51,610 bases of DNA, from NCBI GenBank assembly GCA_045598895.1, contig JAZRUZ010000049.1, positions 1 to 51,610 of the forward strand, written 5' to 3'. Positions within the stretch are counted from its first letter, which is position 1, and every line of letters begins with the position of its first letter. Both the position numbers and the translations under genes were made by a program. This DNA is from Candidatus Onthoplasma sp. (lineage in GTDB: Bacteria; Bacillota; Clostridia; Christensenellales; UBA1242). The notes beneath the pieces were generated by a model, which saw only the letters and a list, made by a program, of their open reading frames with translations, did no database searches and had not been told where the DNA came from. Positions 8,727 to 18,388 of the stretch are shown here, piece after piece.

Positions 8727-10547
8727 ATGAATAAAAAATTAGAAAGCCTTTTAATTAGATTAAAAGACTTAAATCAAGATAAATTAAATGATTTTTTAAC
8801 AATTTTAGACGACATGGAATTAGGTGATGAAAACAAAATTTCAGGACTTCTTGACATTGGAATTGTTAATAAAATTTTTTCATTCGATGACGTTAAAGAT
8901 AATTATGATGAAAAAATAATTAAAGATTTAGAAATCCTAATGAAAATAGATGCTATCAACTATGCTAAACAAGAAAGTGAAGCAGAGAACTTAAGAAAAA
9001 TGTTCTTTACTACCACTAAAGATATTAGAATTATAATGACGAAAATTGCTATAGTTGTAGTTAATCTAAGATTTGATACATACGATGACGAAAAAGCAAT
9101 TCTTGTCGCTAATACTATTTTCTATCTTTTTGCTCCCCTTTCAGCACGTCTTGGACTTTCAAAATATAAGACTGAACTAGAAAACAGTGCTTTTAAGTTG
9201 AGCAATCCAAAACTATATGATGAAATTCAACAAGAAGTAGATAACAGGTTCCATAAACGTCAACCTATAGTAGATAGATTAACTATAATGGTGGAAAATT
9301 GTTTAAAAGAATTGAACATCATAGGAAGAGTTTACGGACGAAAAAAGCACATTTACAGCATTTACAAAAAAATGAAAGACCACACTTTAGATAATATGTA
9401 TGACTTAATTGCTGTCCGTGCTATAGTTCCTAATGTAAATGATTGTTATGCCCTCCTTGGTAGGTTACACTCTATAATTGAACCATATAAAAACAGATTT
9501 AAAGATTACATTGCAACTCCAAAACCAAACGGCTATCAGTCACTTCATACCACATTAAAATTCGAAGGTTTCCCTGTAGAAGTGCAAATAAGAACTGAAG
9601 AAATGCATAGATACGCTGAATATGGTATCGCAGCACATTGGCTTTATAAAGAGAAAAGAAGTAAACAGTCAAGTCTTGACACAAGGTTATCTTGGATAAG
9701 ACAAATGATGGAAAATGAAAATATTTCCGTCGATGAACTCGCTGAATCTCTTGAACAAGATTTGTATAATAGCGAAATTTATGTTCAAACTCCAATGGGC
9801 AAAGTAATATATTTACCAAAAGGTTCAACTACTATTGACTTTGCATACGCAATTCACAGCGAAGTGGGAAATAAATGTGTTGGAGCAAAAGTTAATGGTA
9901 AAATGGTACCTACAACGTCAATTTTAAACAACGCCGACGTAGTGGAAATCATAACTAATCCTAATTCAAAAGGCCCAAGTAAAGATTGGTTAAAAATAGT
10001 AAAAACTAGCGAAGCAAGAAGCAAAATAAATTCTTTTTTTAAGAAAAACATGCGTGAAGAAACTATTAAACTTGGTAAAACCATGCTTGAAAACGCTATT
10101 CGCGATAAAGGCTATTCAGTAAATAAACTCATGAGTCAAGATAGTTTTGATGATATTGTAGCCTATTACAATATGCCCGACATAGATGACTTCTACATAA
10201 ATATTGGTACAAATGCTATTAGTGCAAAACTAATTGCAAATAAACTAGCAACTTCTTATCAAAAATTAATCAAGCAAACAACATCAACTACTCCTGTAGA
10301 AAAAAGTATTAATATCTCAACCCCTACAGAAAAACAAGTCGCTTTAAAAGACTTAAATAATGTCATGGTCAGTTTTGCTAATTGTTGTCACCCAATGTAT
10401 GGCGACGATATAATCGGCTTCATTTCAGCAGGACGTGGTGTTGTCGTACATAGAAAAATTTGCCCTAATGTTCAATCTTTCTCACATCACCGTTTAATCG
10501 ACGTTAATTGGAACCCTATTGAAAGTAAAAATGGAGATAAAAAATGA
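8727..10547 (+). CDS. relA: Long RelA/SpoT homologue (synthetase, TGS, ZFD); hydrolase domain degenerate, no ACT domain
   Basis: RKKHIYSIYKKM, DLIAVR, KDYIATPKPNGYQSLH, EVQIRT; TGS DFAYAIHSEVG; CCHP...HRKICPN. Confidence 0.9.
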   Translation: MNKKLESLLIRLKDLNQDKLNDFLTILDDMELGDENKISGLLDIGIVNKIFSFDDVKDNYDEKIIKDLEILMKIDAINYAKQESEAENLRKMFFTTTKDIRIIMTKIAIVVVNLRFDTYDDEKAILVANTIFYLFAPLSARLGLSKYKTELENSAFKLSNPKLYDEIQQEVDNRFHKRQPIVDRLTIMVENCLKELNIIGRVYGRKKHIYSIYKKMKDHTLDNMYDLIAVRAIVPNVNDCYALLGRLHSIIEPYKNRFKDYIATPKPNGYQSLHTTLKFEGFPVEVQIRTEEMHRYAEYGIAAHWLYKEKRSKQSSLDTRLSWIRQMMENENISVDELAESLEQDLYNSEIYVQTPMGKVIYLPKGSTTIDFAYAIHSEVGNKCVGAKVNGKMVPTTSILNNADVVEIITNPNSKGPSKDWLKIVKTSEARSKINSFFKKNMREETIKLGKTMLENAIRDKGYSVNKLMSQDSFDDIVAYYNMPDIDDFYINIGTNAISAKLIANKLATSYQKLIKQTTSTTPVEKSINISTPTEKQVALKDLNNVMVSFANCCHPMYGDDIIGFISAGRGVVVHRKICPNVQSFSHHRLIDVNWNPIESKNGDKK

Positions 10548-11800
10548 ATGTAGTTAAAAAGAAGCTAAGGCATTTAAAAAGAAAATTAGGTTTTTGCAAT
10601 GATGATATGTCAGAAATAGAAAAAATGTATAAAGGTGAATTCTTTAATCCTAATGACTCAGCATATTTAAAATTATTAAATATTTCAAATAAACTATGTG
10701 ATGAATTTAATTTTTCAATGGACGCTTTAAACGACAATTCAACTTTTAAAGACTATTTAAAAATAAGACATAATGATAAAAAAATTATAAATAAACTATT
10801 CCCTTTTAAATTTGTTTTATCAGGCGTAGGAAAAAATCTAAAGGTCTTCATTGGACAAGTTGATTTTTTAGGATGTGGTTTTATTAATAGATCTTGCTCT
10901 TTTTCAAAATATTCGCTTGTTAGATGCAAAAATTATACAATGTTTGCCAATTTAATTAATGTTGGTAATGACGATTTTGAAACTAATAATGGATTAATTA
11001 AACTTGGCAAAATCAATATTGGTCACGATTGTTGGATTTGCGCTGGTGCAAAGATAAACAACAATGTTTCAATAGGTAATTGCTCAGTTATCGGTGCTGG
11101 TGCTTCTGTTTCATCAAATGTTCCTAACAATTCATTAGCAATAGGATCTCCTAATGCTCAATTTAAAACTATTGGACCAATTAAAAATAAAACCAATAAA
11201 GAAAAATTACATGATGACGATGAAATAGAAGAAATTAAACAATTTATAAGAAACTTAAAAATTAAAGGAAATCTAAAAGAATATTTAAAATTATATAACG
11301 GAAATGATCACAATACTGCCAATCCAACCATTTCTAAACTATATAAATACACCTATTTCTTGTGCGAAATGTACAATTCAAAAAACACTAGTGAAAAGAA
11401 AAAACAAGAAGTTTTAGATATTTTATTCTATAAACATGGCAAAAACCTAAAAGTTGGCAAAAACCTTTTCGTAGATATGCTTGGTTTAACTTTAGTTGGT
11501 GACAACGTAACAATTGGCGACAACGTTTGTATTTCCGGAAATGTTACTATAGGCGACAATGTTAAAATAGGAAACAACGTGTCAATGTTCGCAACCGGTC
11601 ATAATCTTAATGGCAAAAAGCGTAGAGTTGGATTTTCACTAACTAAAGGAATTTATGAAATTACAAACACTGCAAAAATAAATATAGAAAGTAATGTTTC
11701 TGTTGGCAGTGATTGTATAATCGTTCCAAAAGCAAATGTAACTAACAATATAGCCGATAATAAAATTGTAACTAGCACTAAAATTATATCAAGAAATTAA
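10544..11800 (+). CDS. Sugar O-acetyltransferase with two tandem Mac/hexapeptide (LbH) modules
   Basis: EKMYKGEFF Mac-like N-terminus; IGHDCWICAGA and IGDNV repeats; second module carries ATGH. Confidence 0.75.
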   Translation: MNVVKKKLRHLKRKLGFCNDDMSEIEKMYKGEFFNPNDSAYLKLLNISNKLCDEFNFSMDALNDNSTFKDYLKIRHNDKKIINKLFPFKFVLSGVGKNLKVFIGQVDFLGCGFINRSCSFSKYSLVRCKNYTMFANLINVGNDDFETNNGLIKLGKINIGHDCWICAGAKINNNVSIGNCSVIGAGASVSSNVPNNSLAIGSPNAQFKTIGPIKNKTNKEKLHDDDEIEEIKQFIRNLKIKGNLKEYLKLYNGNDHNTANPTISKLYKYTYFLCEMYNSKNTSEKKKQEVLDILFYKHGKNLKVGKNLFVDMLGLTLVGDNVTIGDNVCISGNVTIGDNVKIGNNVSMFATGHNLNGKKRRVGFSLTKGIYEITNTAKINIESNVSVGSDCIIVPKANVTNNIADNKIVTSTKIISRN

Positions 11801-11893
11801 ATACTAAAATACACTTTATTTTAGTATTTTTTATTTTTACTAATAAACTTGTGTTTTTTTTCTTTAAATGATAAAATGATTTTAGGAGGAACT

Positions 11894-12685
11894 ATGTCTA
11901 AAAAAGAACAACTAACTTACTACTTTACAGACGAATTAAACGACGAGTTCTCTAACGAAGAATTAAATAAAAAAGTTAAAGACAAAATTATCGATGAAAA
12001 ATACAAATATATCCATAAATCGTTTTTCTGGAAATTAACAAATTTTATATTTTATAGACTAATTGCTTACCCTGTTGCTTGTACTTACTTGTGTTTTAAA
12101 TTTAGACATAAAGTAATAGGAAAAGAAAAATTAAAAAATTATAAATCAGGCTACTTTATGTTCGGCAATCACACACAAGAATTAGGAGATGGTTTTATTC
12201 CAAATGTTATAAACTATCCAAGGAACACTTATATTATTGTAAATTCTAGAAATCTTGCAATACCTTTTTTAGGAAAAATTTTTCCTTATCTTGGAGCAAT
12301 TCCTCTTCCAAGTGACCTTAAATCTACGAAAAACTTTATATCTGCTATTGATAATTTATCTAATAAAAACAACTGCATCATGATTTATCCAGAGGCTCAT
12401 ATCTGGCCATACTATACTAAAATTCGACCTTTTAAAAGCACATCTTTTAGGTATCCGGTAAAATTAAATAAACCTTGCTTTGCTCTTACAAACACTTATC
12501 AACAAAGAAAAAATGGTAAAGTGAAAATTACAACTTACATAGATGGTCCTTTCTACCCAAACAAAGATTTAGATTTAAAGGCCCAGGAAGAAGATTTAAG
12601 AAACCAAGTTTATGATACAATGACCGAAAGAAGTAAAAACAGCAATTTCGAATTTATAAAATACGTAAGGAGAAAAGATGAATAA
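11894..12685 (+). CDS. Lysophospholipid acyltransferase (PlsC-like); start revised from 11849
   Basis: NHTQELGD and IYPEAHI motifs; AGGAGG RBS before 11894. Confidence 0.85.
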   Translation: MSKKEQLTYYFTDELNDEFSNEELNKKVKDKIIDEKYKYIHKSFFWKLTNFIFYRLIAYPVACTYLCFKFRHKVIGKEKLKNYKSGYFMFGNHTQELGDGFIPNVINYPRNTYIIVNSRNLAIPFLGKIFPYLGAIPLPSDLKSTKNFISAIDNLSNKNNCIMIYPEAHIWPYYTKIRPFKSTSFRYPVKLNKPCFALTNTYQQRKNGKVKITTYIDGPFYPNKDLDLKAQEEDLRNQVYDTMTERSKNSNFEFIKYVRRKDE

Positions 12686-13511
12686 TAAAGAAATAAATGT
12701 TTGCTATTGCGCAGGTGGAAATATTGAAGGTATATTTACTTCTATCATTTCTCTTGTAAAATTCAACAAACAAAAAATAAATGTATATCTAATTACAATG
12801 GACTTGTCAGACAAAAATAAAAAATGGACACCTATCACAGAACAAGATATACTAATGTGTGAAAATATTTTAAAATCAGTTAACCCTGAAAGCAGTTGCA
12901 AACTTATTGATGTAACACAAAACTACTTAAAAGATTTAGAAAATTCTAAAAATGCAGATGCAGTATATACTCCATTTACCATGTTAAGATTTTATATCCC
13001 AGATATTCCTTCAGTCCCTGACAAAATTCTATACTTTGATACTGATTTAATTATACTAGACAATGTTCAAGAATTATACGATACTGATATATCTAAATAC
13101 GAGTTGGCTGGCTGTAAAGATTATTTAGGTAGAATATTTATTAGATACAACTACATAAACGCTGGTATGTTACTATTAAACATTAAAAAAATTAATGAAA
13201 CTAATTTATTCAAAAGAGCAAAAATTCTTTGTAATGAAAAGAAAATGACTTTTGTTGACCAAGACGCAATCGATAGATGCCTAAAATATAAATTGATTTT
13301 GCCTGATAAATATAATCATCAAAGAACTATCAGAAAAAATACCGTTATTAGACACTATTGTAAATCTCTACGCCTGTTACCATATTTCCACACTATCAAC
13401 ATAAAACCATGGCAAACAGAAGCAATTAGAAACAGTAAGTCAAAAGCCTTCTATAATAACGATATTGAAGAAATCATGTCAACATATGAAAAAATTAGAA
13501 AACACACCTAG
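12678..13511 (+). CDS. Glycosyltransferase family 8
   Basis: KILYFDTD, YINAGMLLLN, DQDAI, IRHY, KPW. Confidence 0.9.
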   Translation: MNNKEINVCYCAGGNIEGIFTSIISLVKFNKQKINVYLITMDLSDKNKKWTPITEQDILMCENILKSVNPESSCKLIDVTQNYLKDLENSKNADAVYTPFTMLRFYIPDIPSVPDKILYFDTDLIILDNVQELYDTDISKYELAGCKDYLGRIFIRYNYINAGMLLLNIKKINETNLFKRAKILCNEKKMTFVDQDAIDRCLKYKLILPDKYNHQRTIRKNTVIRHYCKSLRLLPYFHTINIKPWQTEAIRNSKSKAFYNNDIEEIMSTYEKIRKHT

Positions 13512-13578
13512 CAGGTCTTCATTTACTAATTCTATTTTGATACATAATCATAATAAAAAAGAACTTTAAAGTTCTTTT

Positions 13579-14814
13579 TTATTCAGCGTCTTTTATGCAC
13601 CATTTTGAAATATTTGAATCAAACATATGTATTGCACATTTTATACCAGATTCTTCATTTATGTCTAATATGCATTTAACATAATATGCTTCTGGACATT
13701 CAATAGTTTCCATTTGTTCACAGCAGTACGCCAACATGTCGCAAGTGTTTAAATTATCGCCTTCATCACAAAAGAAATGAGAAAACAAACATGTAAAAAT
13801 CTTATACATTGAAAATTTCTTATTATATGACTTAATATCAATAAATGCTCTATATGCTAATTTACAAAATTTTTCTATATTTTCATTTGTAAACTCTTTA
13901 AATTTAACGCCATATATTTCTTTATCTTTTAATGAATCTTGAAATAATTTCTCATTAAATATAGATTTATAAGATTGAATAAGCATCCCTTCTGGTACAT
14001 GGTTTTTTGCCATTAAGAAGAAAACCCAATAAAAGAAATCATAACTTCTAACATGTGACATCTCTTTCTCTTTTTCTGGGAAAAATTCTTTAATTGCACT
14101 TTCTCTTAGTGGTTGATTTTTCATAAAAGTATGCCAAACTGTATCCTTACAATCTCTAAATGCAGTAGTTATAGCACTTGCATCAGCACATGGAACAAAT
14201 GGCGCACAATAGTAATTGTGATAAACTTCATTTGTTACAACTACCTTTTTTAGATTTTTTAAATTGCGCAAGTTATACAGTTCGTCTTCACCATATGTAA
14301 GCCCTGGGGTAAATATTTCAGTAATACATTCTCTTTTTGTGATTTTATTCCAAGGCATACTTGAAGCAAAAAAATCTTGATAATATTTTATAAAATCGTC
14401 ATCTTTTGTTAAGTCATATATACCATCTTCTAAATGTTGTTCAAAGCAAGGATGTGTAAAGTTGCAAACACACATATCTGCATCTGTATCTTTAAGTCTT
14501 TTTAACATATTAGAAATTGCATAAGGAGTTGTATAATTATCATCAGCATCTAAATACATTATATATTCACCTGTAGAAGACAACAATCCGTTATTTCTTG
14601 CAACGGATACTCCGCCGTTAACTTGGTTAATAACTTTAATTCTCTCGTCAATGGATGCAAAATGATTAGCAATATCTAAAGTACTATCTTTGCTACCATC
14701 ATTTACTAAAATAATTTCTAAGTTGGAATAATTTTGTTCTCTAACACTATTAATTGTTCCTGTCAATGTCTTCTCTGCATTATAACAAGGAATAATTATT
14801 GAAACTTTTTCCAT
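13579..14814 (-). CDS. Glycosyltransferase family 2
   Basis: VSIIIPCYN, NDGSKD, NGGVSVARN, YLDADD, GED. Confidence 0.9.
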   Translation of the reverse strand: MEKVSIIIPCYNAEKTLTGTINSVREQNYSNLEIILVNDGSKDSTLDIANHFASIDERIKVINQVNGGVSVARNNGLLSSTGEYIMYLDADDNYTTPYAISNMLKRLKDTDADMCVCNFTHPCFEQHLEDGIYDLTKDDDFIKYYQDFFASSMPWNKITKRECITEIFTPGLTYGEDELYNLRNLKNLKKVVVTNEVYHNYYCAPFVPCADASAITTAFRDCKDTVWHTFMKNQPLRESAIKEFFPEKEKEMSHVRSYDFFYWVFFLMAKNHVPEGMLIQSYKSIFNEKLFQDSLKDKEIYGVKFKEFTNENIEKFCKLAYRAFIDIKSYNKKFSMYKIFTCLFSHFFCDEGDNLNTCDMLAYCCEQMETIECPEAYYVKCILDINEESGIKCAIHMFDSNISKWCIKDAE

Positions 14815-15037
14815 AATTTCCTCCTGAAATTTACATTATTATATCATTTGATAAAAAAATTTAATAGGAAAAAAGACATTTTTTAGTATAATGTTAAACT
14901 GAAATAAATTAGAGTATTTTTTTAGTTATTAGAATTTATTTACTTTACTCTAATAATTTTAGAATTTAATGAAAATCACCCTTAAAAAAGCATAAAAAAT
15001 AGAAACTAATTAGATTTCGTTTCTATTAATTTATTTT

Positions 15038-16069
15038 TTATTTCACACTTATGTCAAAAGTTCTGTCGGCTAATTTATTTAAATTATTTAGGCTGTCATC
15101 ACTAGGCATGATAGAAATCATGGTTATTGATGAATCTTTATGAGTCTTTGCTAGAGATAATAAAGTTTTTATTAATGTGCTTTCTTTATCAATTGCATGA
15201 ATAGACGCCATATCATCAATAGCAACTATTACATTCTTACCCAATTCGAAAAGTCTTTTTATTCGCTCTATGCTAAGGTCTATAATTTTTTGCATATATT
15301 CACTATCTGAAACTAAATTTGCGACAAACGTTTCAGTGTTAGGCAATCTCATTAAAATTGATTTTGTTTTTTCGACTAATGCAAGATTAATATAAACAGA
15401 CTTATCCACTTTTGCATAATTTAACATGTTGATAACCATCTCGGTATTGTATCTGTTGTCGTTGCCATAAATATAAACATTTTCACCTAAATGCAACTTC
15501 ATAGCATCTAATTTGTTTTGATCGAAGACTAAATCTTTAAGACTTCCATCGTGTTCCATAGTGTAAAAGTTGTTTGAATTTGCTACATATTCGTTAGCGT
15601 CTACGCCATTAATTGTTTCAATCTCTTTCACAATAATTTGGTCAGTATAAATATATAAATTAGCACTTATAAAGTCGCCATTTTTGAGGTTGTATTTTGT
15701 TACAATATCTAAAGGTAAAAGATATTTTTTAAATGTGTTATTAAATTTAGCTTCGATGAAAGCAATATTTTCAAATATAGCAACATAACCAGAAATTCCT
15801 TTATCGTCAGTAAAAAACTCTTCTCTTTCTTGATGTAGAACAATATTAGTGCTGAAATCTGGCTGATATTCCATAATATTAAAAGTAAATTCTTTAGGAG
15901 GTCTACCTTTGTTTGTAGAATTTACAGGTGATTTTACACCATTTTTTATATCTAGAATTTCCTTGATTAATTCATCTTTCTTTTTGCTAGTAGGCGAATT
16001 CACTCCCATACGCCTTGCGTACTCTCTTAGTGCAAAGATATTCAAATCTTCTAACTGCTCTTTTAACAT
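15038..16069 (-). CDS. Degenerate transcription termination factor Rho-like protein
   Basis: Rho N-terminal helices (LREYARRMGV...KKKDELIKEIL); OB-fold-like KYNLKNGD; ERIKRLFELGKNVIVAIDD; Walker A absent. Confidence 0.7.
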   Translation of the reverse strand: MLKEQLEDLNIFALREYARRMGVNSPTSKKKDELIKEILDIKNGVKSPVNSTNKGRPPKEFTFNIMEYQPDFSTNIVLHQEREEFFTDDKGISGYVAIFENIAFIEAKFNNTFKKYLLPLDIVTKYNLKNGDFISANLYIYTDQIIVKEIETINGVDANEYVANSNNFYTMEHDGSLKDLVFDQNKLDAMKLHLGENVYIYGNDNRYNTEMVINMLNYAKVDKSVYINLALVEKTKSILMRLPNTETFVANLVSDSEYMQKIIDLSIERIKRLFELGKNVIVAIDDMASIHAIDKESTLIKTLLSLAKTHKDSSITMISIMPSDDSLNNLNKLADRTFDISVK

Positions 16070-16094
16070 ATTTTATCCTTTTGTAAACGTTTTA

Positions 16095-16123
16095 ATTCTA
16101 ACATATCACACCTTAAAAGTAAA
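16095..16123 (-). promoter_or_regulatory. sigmaA promoter of the rho-like gene
   Basis: TTTACT-17-TAGAAT with an extended TG. Confidence 0.55.
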
Positions 16124-16138
16124 TGATTTTGTAAAAAA

Positions 16139-16208
16139 TTCGACATTTTGTAAAAAAATAAACGCAAAAAAATCGCCAAAATTCGACAATTTTGTCGAAA
16201 TTTCGACT
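16139..16208. promoter_or_regulatory. Cluster of Spo0A-box matches (TGTCGAA), part of which could be the mazF terminator
   Basis: TTCGACA at 16139 and 16182, TGTCGAA at 16193, near-match at 16202. Confidence 0.45.
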
Positions 16209-16210
16209 TT

Positions 16211-16561
16211 TTAAATAGCGAGGCCTAAACTTATCATTATCGCCACGTCAATTTTTTGCATAGTTACATCATCTAAAGACGACAATTTTTCTTTAAGTCG
16301 CCTTTTATCTAAAGTTCGTATTTGCTCTAACAAGACTACACTATCTTTAGGTAAATTGAAACTATCTTTATTAAGTTCAATATGTGTTGGCAATTTTGCT
16401 TTAGATAATTGACTTGTTATTGCTGCTATTATAATCGTTGGACTATATTTATTACCGACATTGTTCTGGACAACCAATACCGGACGTATACCTCCCTGTT
16501 CACTTCCAACGACAGGGCTTAAATCAGCGTAATAAATATCTCCACGATTTATATCCATCAA
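16211..16561 (-). CDS. mazF: MazF/PemK (EndoA-type) mRNA interferase
   Basis: [32 protein letters not shown]...AKLPTH...[10 protein letters not shown], a near-canonical NdoA sequence. Confidence 0.95.
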   Translation of the reverse strand: MMDINRGDIYYADLSPVVGSEQGGIRPVLVVQNNVGNKYSPTIIIAAITSQLSKAKLPTHIELNKDSFNLPKDSVVLLEQIRTLDKRRLKEKLSSLDDVTMQKIDVAIMISLGLAI

Positions 16562-16758
16562 TTTCCTTTTAAATGCTCAATAGTAAGATAGTAGTCATCG
16601 ATATTTTCAAAATCTTTTTCAATTTCGTAAATCAACGACGCATATTTACTATCATAGTATGCATTGTAATCGAATTTTGGCATAATTGGTCTTTTTAACT
16701 CTTTAAAAGATAGCACATAATCCAAGTATGCTTCAGCTTCTTCAATCATTTTTACCAC
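16558..16758 (-). CDS. Small acidic protein overlapping the mazF start (candidate antitoxin)
   Basis: 66 aa; 4-nt overlap with mazF; no RHH or AbrB motif seen. Confidence 0.55.
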   Translation of the reverse strand: MVKMIEEAEAYLDYVLSFKELKRPIMPKFDYNAYYDSKYASLIYEIEKDFENIDDYYLTIEHLKGN

Positions 16759-16769
16759 CTTTCAAGAAA

Positions 16770-17210
16770 TTAAACTTTAGCAAGTTGTTTTTTCAATTTT
16801 TCGTAGAAATCTTCCTGAATTTCGCGGAAATTTATTACCATTTGATTTAAGTCTGGATTTTTAGTTTTTAAATCTTTTTCGGCTTTAATGGTATCGATAA
16901 TACCCATTACTGTTCCGTTTATCATCATTTCAACTATATGTCTAGGAGTTTTATCCATCCAAAGCGAAAAATAAATCATAGTGGTTTGTTTCAACTTTTG
17001 AAAAAAACTATTTTCTTTTAACTCAAAATCGTTATTTGCAGCAAAAACGTTGCATTTTTCACAAAATGATTTGTACATTTCATATTGTTTAGCAAAGACA
17101 TTTTTTAACGTTCCGTTCTCGATCTTTTTAAGAATTTTATCAATGGCCAACATTCCAACTGTTGCATCTTGATACATTCGATTTGTTAAATTTATTTCCT
17201 TTTTTTCCAT
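16770..17210 (-). CDS. Conserved clostridial helical (ferritin-like) hypothetical protein
   Basis: YQDATVG...AIDKIL and IVEMMINGTVMGI pattern; GGAGG RBS. Confidence 0.65.
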   Translation of the reverse strand: MEKKEINLTNRMYQDATVGMLAIDKILKKIENGTLKNVFAKQYEMYKSFCEKCNVFAANNDFELKENSFFQKLKQTTMIYFSLWMDKTPRHIVEMMINGTVMGIIDTIKAEKDLKTKNPDLNQMVINFREIQEDFYEKLKKQLAKV

Positions 17211-17224
17211 AATTCCTCCATCAT

Positions 17225-17253
17225 TAGTTTGTTAAGTTAAAGCAAAAATATAC
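17225..17253 (-). promoter_or_regulatory. Putative sigmaG (forespore) promoter
   Basis: GTATA-17-CAAACTA, compared with the GHATA...CATAHTA consensus. Confidence 0.5.
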
Positions 17254-17295
17254 AAAAAAACTTTAACCTAAGTTAAAGTCTTCTGTTTTAATTTT

Positions 17296-18168
17296 TTATA
17301 TAAACAATAATGAATAACCTAAAATTAAGCCTGAAATAATTAAAACTGAAATAATAAAAATATTTTCTTTTACATTTTTATTTGTTTTAATAAGCATTAT
17401 TAAACCTAATCCAGCATTGACGCAAAGGCCTGCAACTAACGCTCCAAATTTTAATCCGTTGTTCATGATAAACAATTCGGTTAAAACCACACTAGAAGCA
17501 CAATTTGGTATCAAACCAACTATCACTGCGAACAAAGGTTGAAGATAAGTGTTACTAAGAAGGAATTTAGAAATATTTTCAGTACCAACAAAGTATACAA
17601 TCAAACCAAACAAAATATTGATTATTAGAATAAATAATGCTATTTTTAAGCAATGCATTAATGGATGTAGCCAATCGAATTGATTACTTTCAACATGGTG
17701 ATGACAACATCCGTCATGAATTTCAATTTCTTCTTCATCTACCAATTTCGTTTTTTTATTTTTAAATATCACTTTATATAAAGCAAGAGATAAATAACCT
17801 ATAACGATAGCATAAACGATTTTAATAGCAATTAGTAAACACATCATAGGAAGAGTGTCGAAATTAGATAACATTATTGGAATAGCCTCGTCACTAGTGG
17901 CAATATAAACAGCGATTAAAGCCCCTACTGAAATAATTCCATCACTAAATAGGTCAGTGGAAACCACCGAAAAACCACATTGTGGAATACTACCAACAAG
18001 AGCACCGAAAACAGGACTAGCATTACCCTTAAGTAATTTATTGTTAGCGATTTTTTTAGCAAACTTAAACTCTAAAATCTCAATTAAATAGTAAACTGCA
18101 AAAAGAACGGGCAAAATTTTTGCCGTATCTATAAGCGCATCTAATAAAACATCCCATATTTCAGCCAT
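17296..18168 (-). CDS. Putative manganese/heavy-metal transporter (ArsP_2/DUF2899-like); start revised from 18186
   Basis: GSIPQCGFSV, ATSDEAIP, GLIPNCASSV; His/Cys-rich loop HDGCCHHH. Confidence 0.8.
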   Translation of the reverse strand: MAEIWDVLLDALIDTAKILPVLFAVYYLIEILEFKFAKKIANNKLLKGNASPVFGALVGSIPQCGFSVVSTDLFSDGIISVGALIAVYIATSDEAIPIMLSNFDTLPMMCLLIAIKIVYAIVIGYLSLALYKVIFKNKKTKLVDEEEIEIHDGCCHHHVESNQFDWLHPLMHCLKIALFILIINILFGLIVYFVGTENISKFLLSNTYLQPLFAVIVGLIPNCASSVVLTELFIMNNGLKFGALVAGLCVNAGLGLIMLIKTNKNVKENIFIISVLIISGLILGYSLLFI

Positions 18169-18251
18169 TATCCAATAACTCCACATTCAACTAAAAAACT
18201 AAACGCGACAATAATAATAGAAATTAATATAATCCATTTAAATACTTTCAT
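18168..18251 (-). CDS. Unannotated 27-aa hydrophobic peptide MKVFKWIILISIIIVAFSFLVECGVIG
   Basis: Starts 8 nt after TTGCGT-17-TATAAT (18260-18288); its TAA overlaps the transporter ATG (TAATG). Confidence 0.55.
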   Translation of the reverse strand: MKVFKWIILISIIIVAFSFLVECGVIG

Positions 18252-18388
18252 ACAGGGTGATTATATCATGACAAATCGAAAAACGCAATAAAAAATAAAT
18301 CTTTTTAAAAAAAGGATAATAAAATATTTTTGATTTTATTATGTTTTAAAAATCGTAAATTTACAAAAATTTTGACTTACAATTGAAA

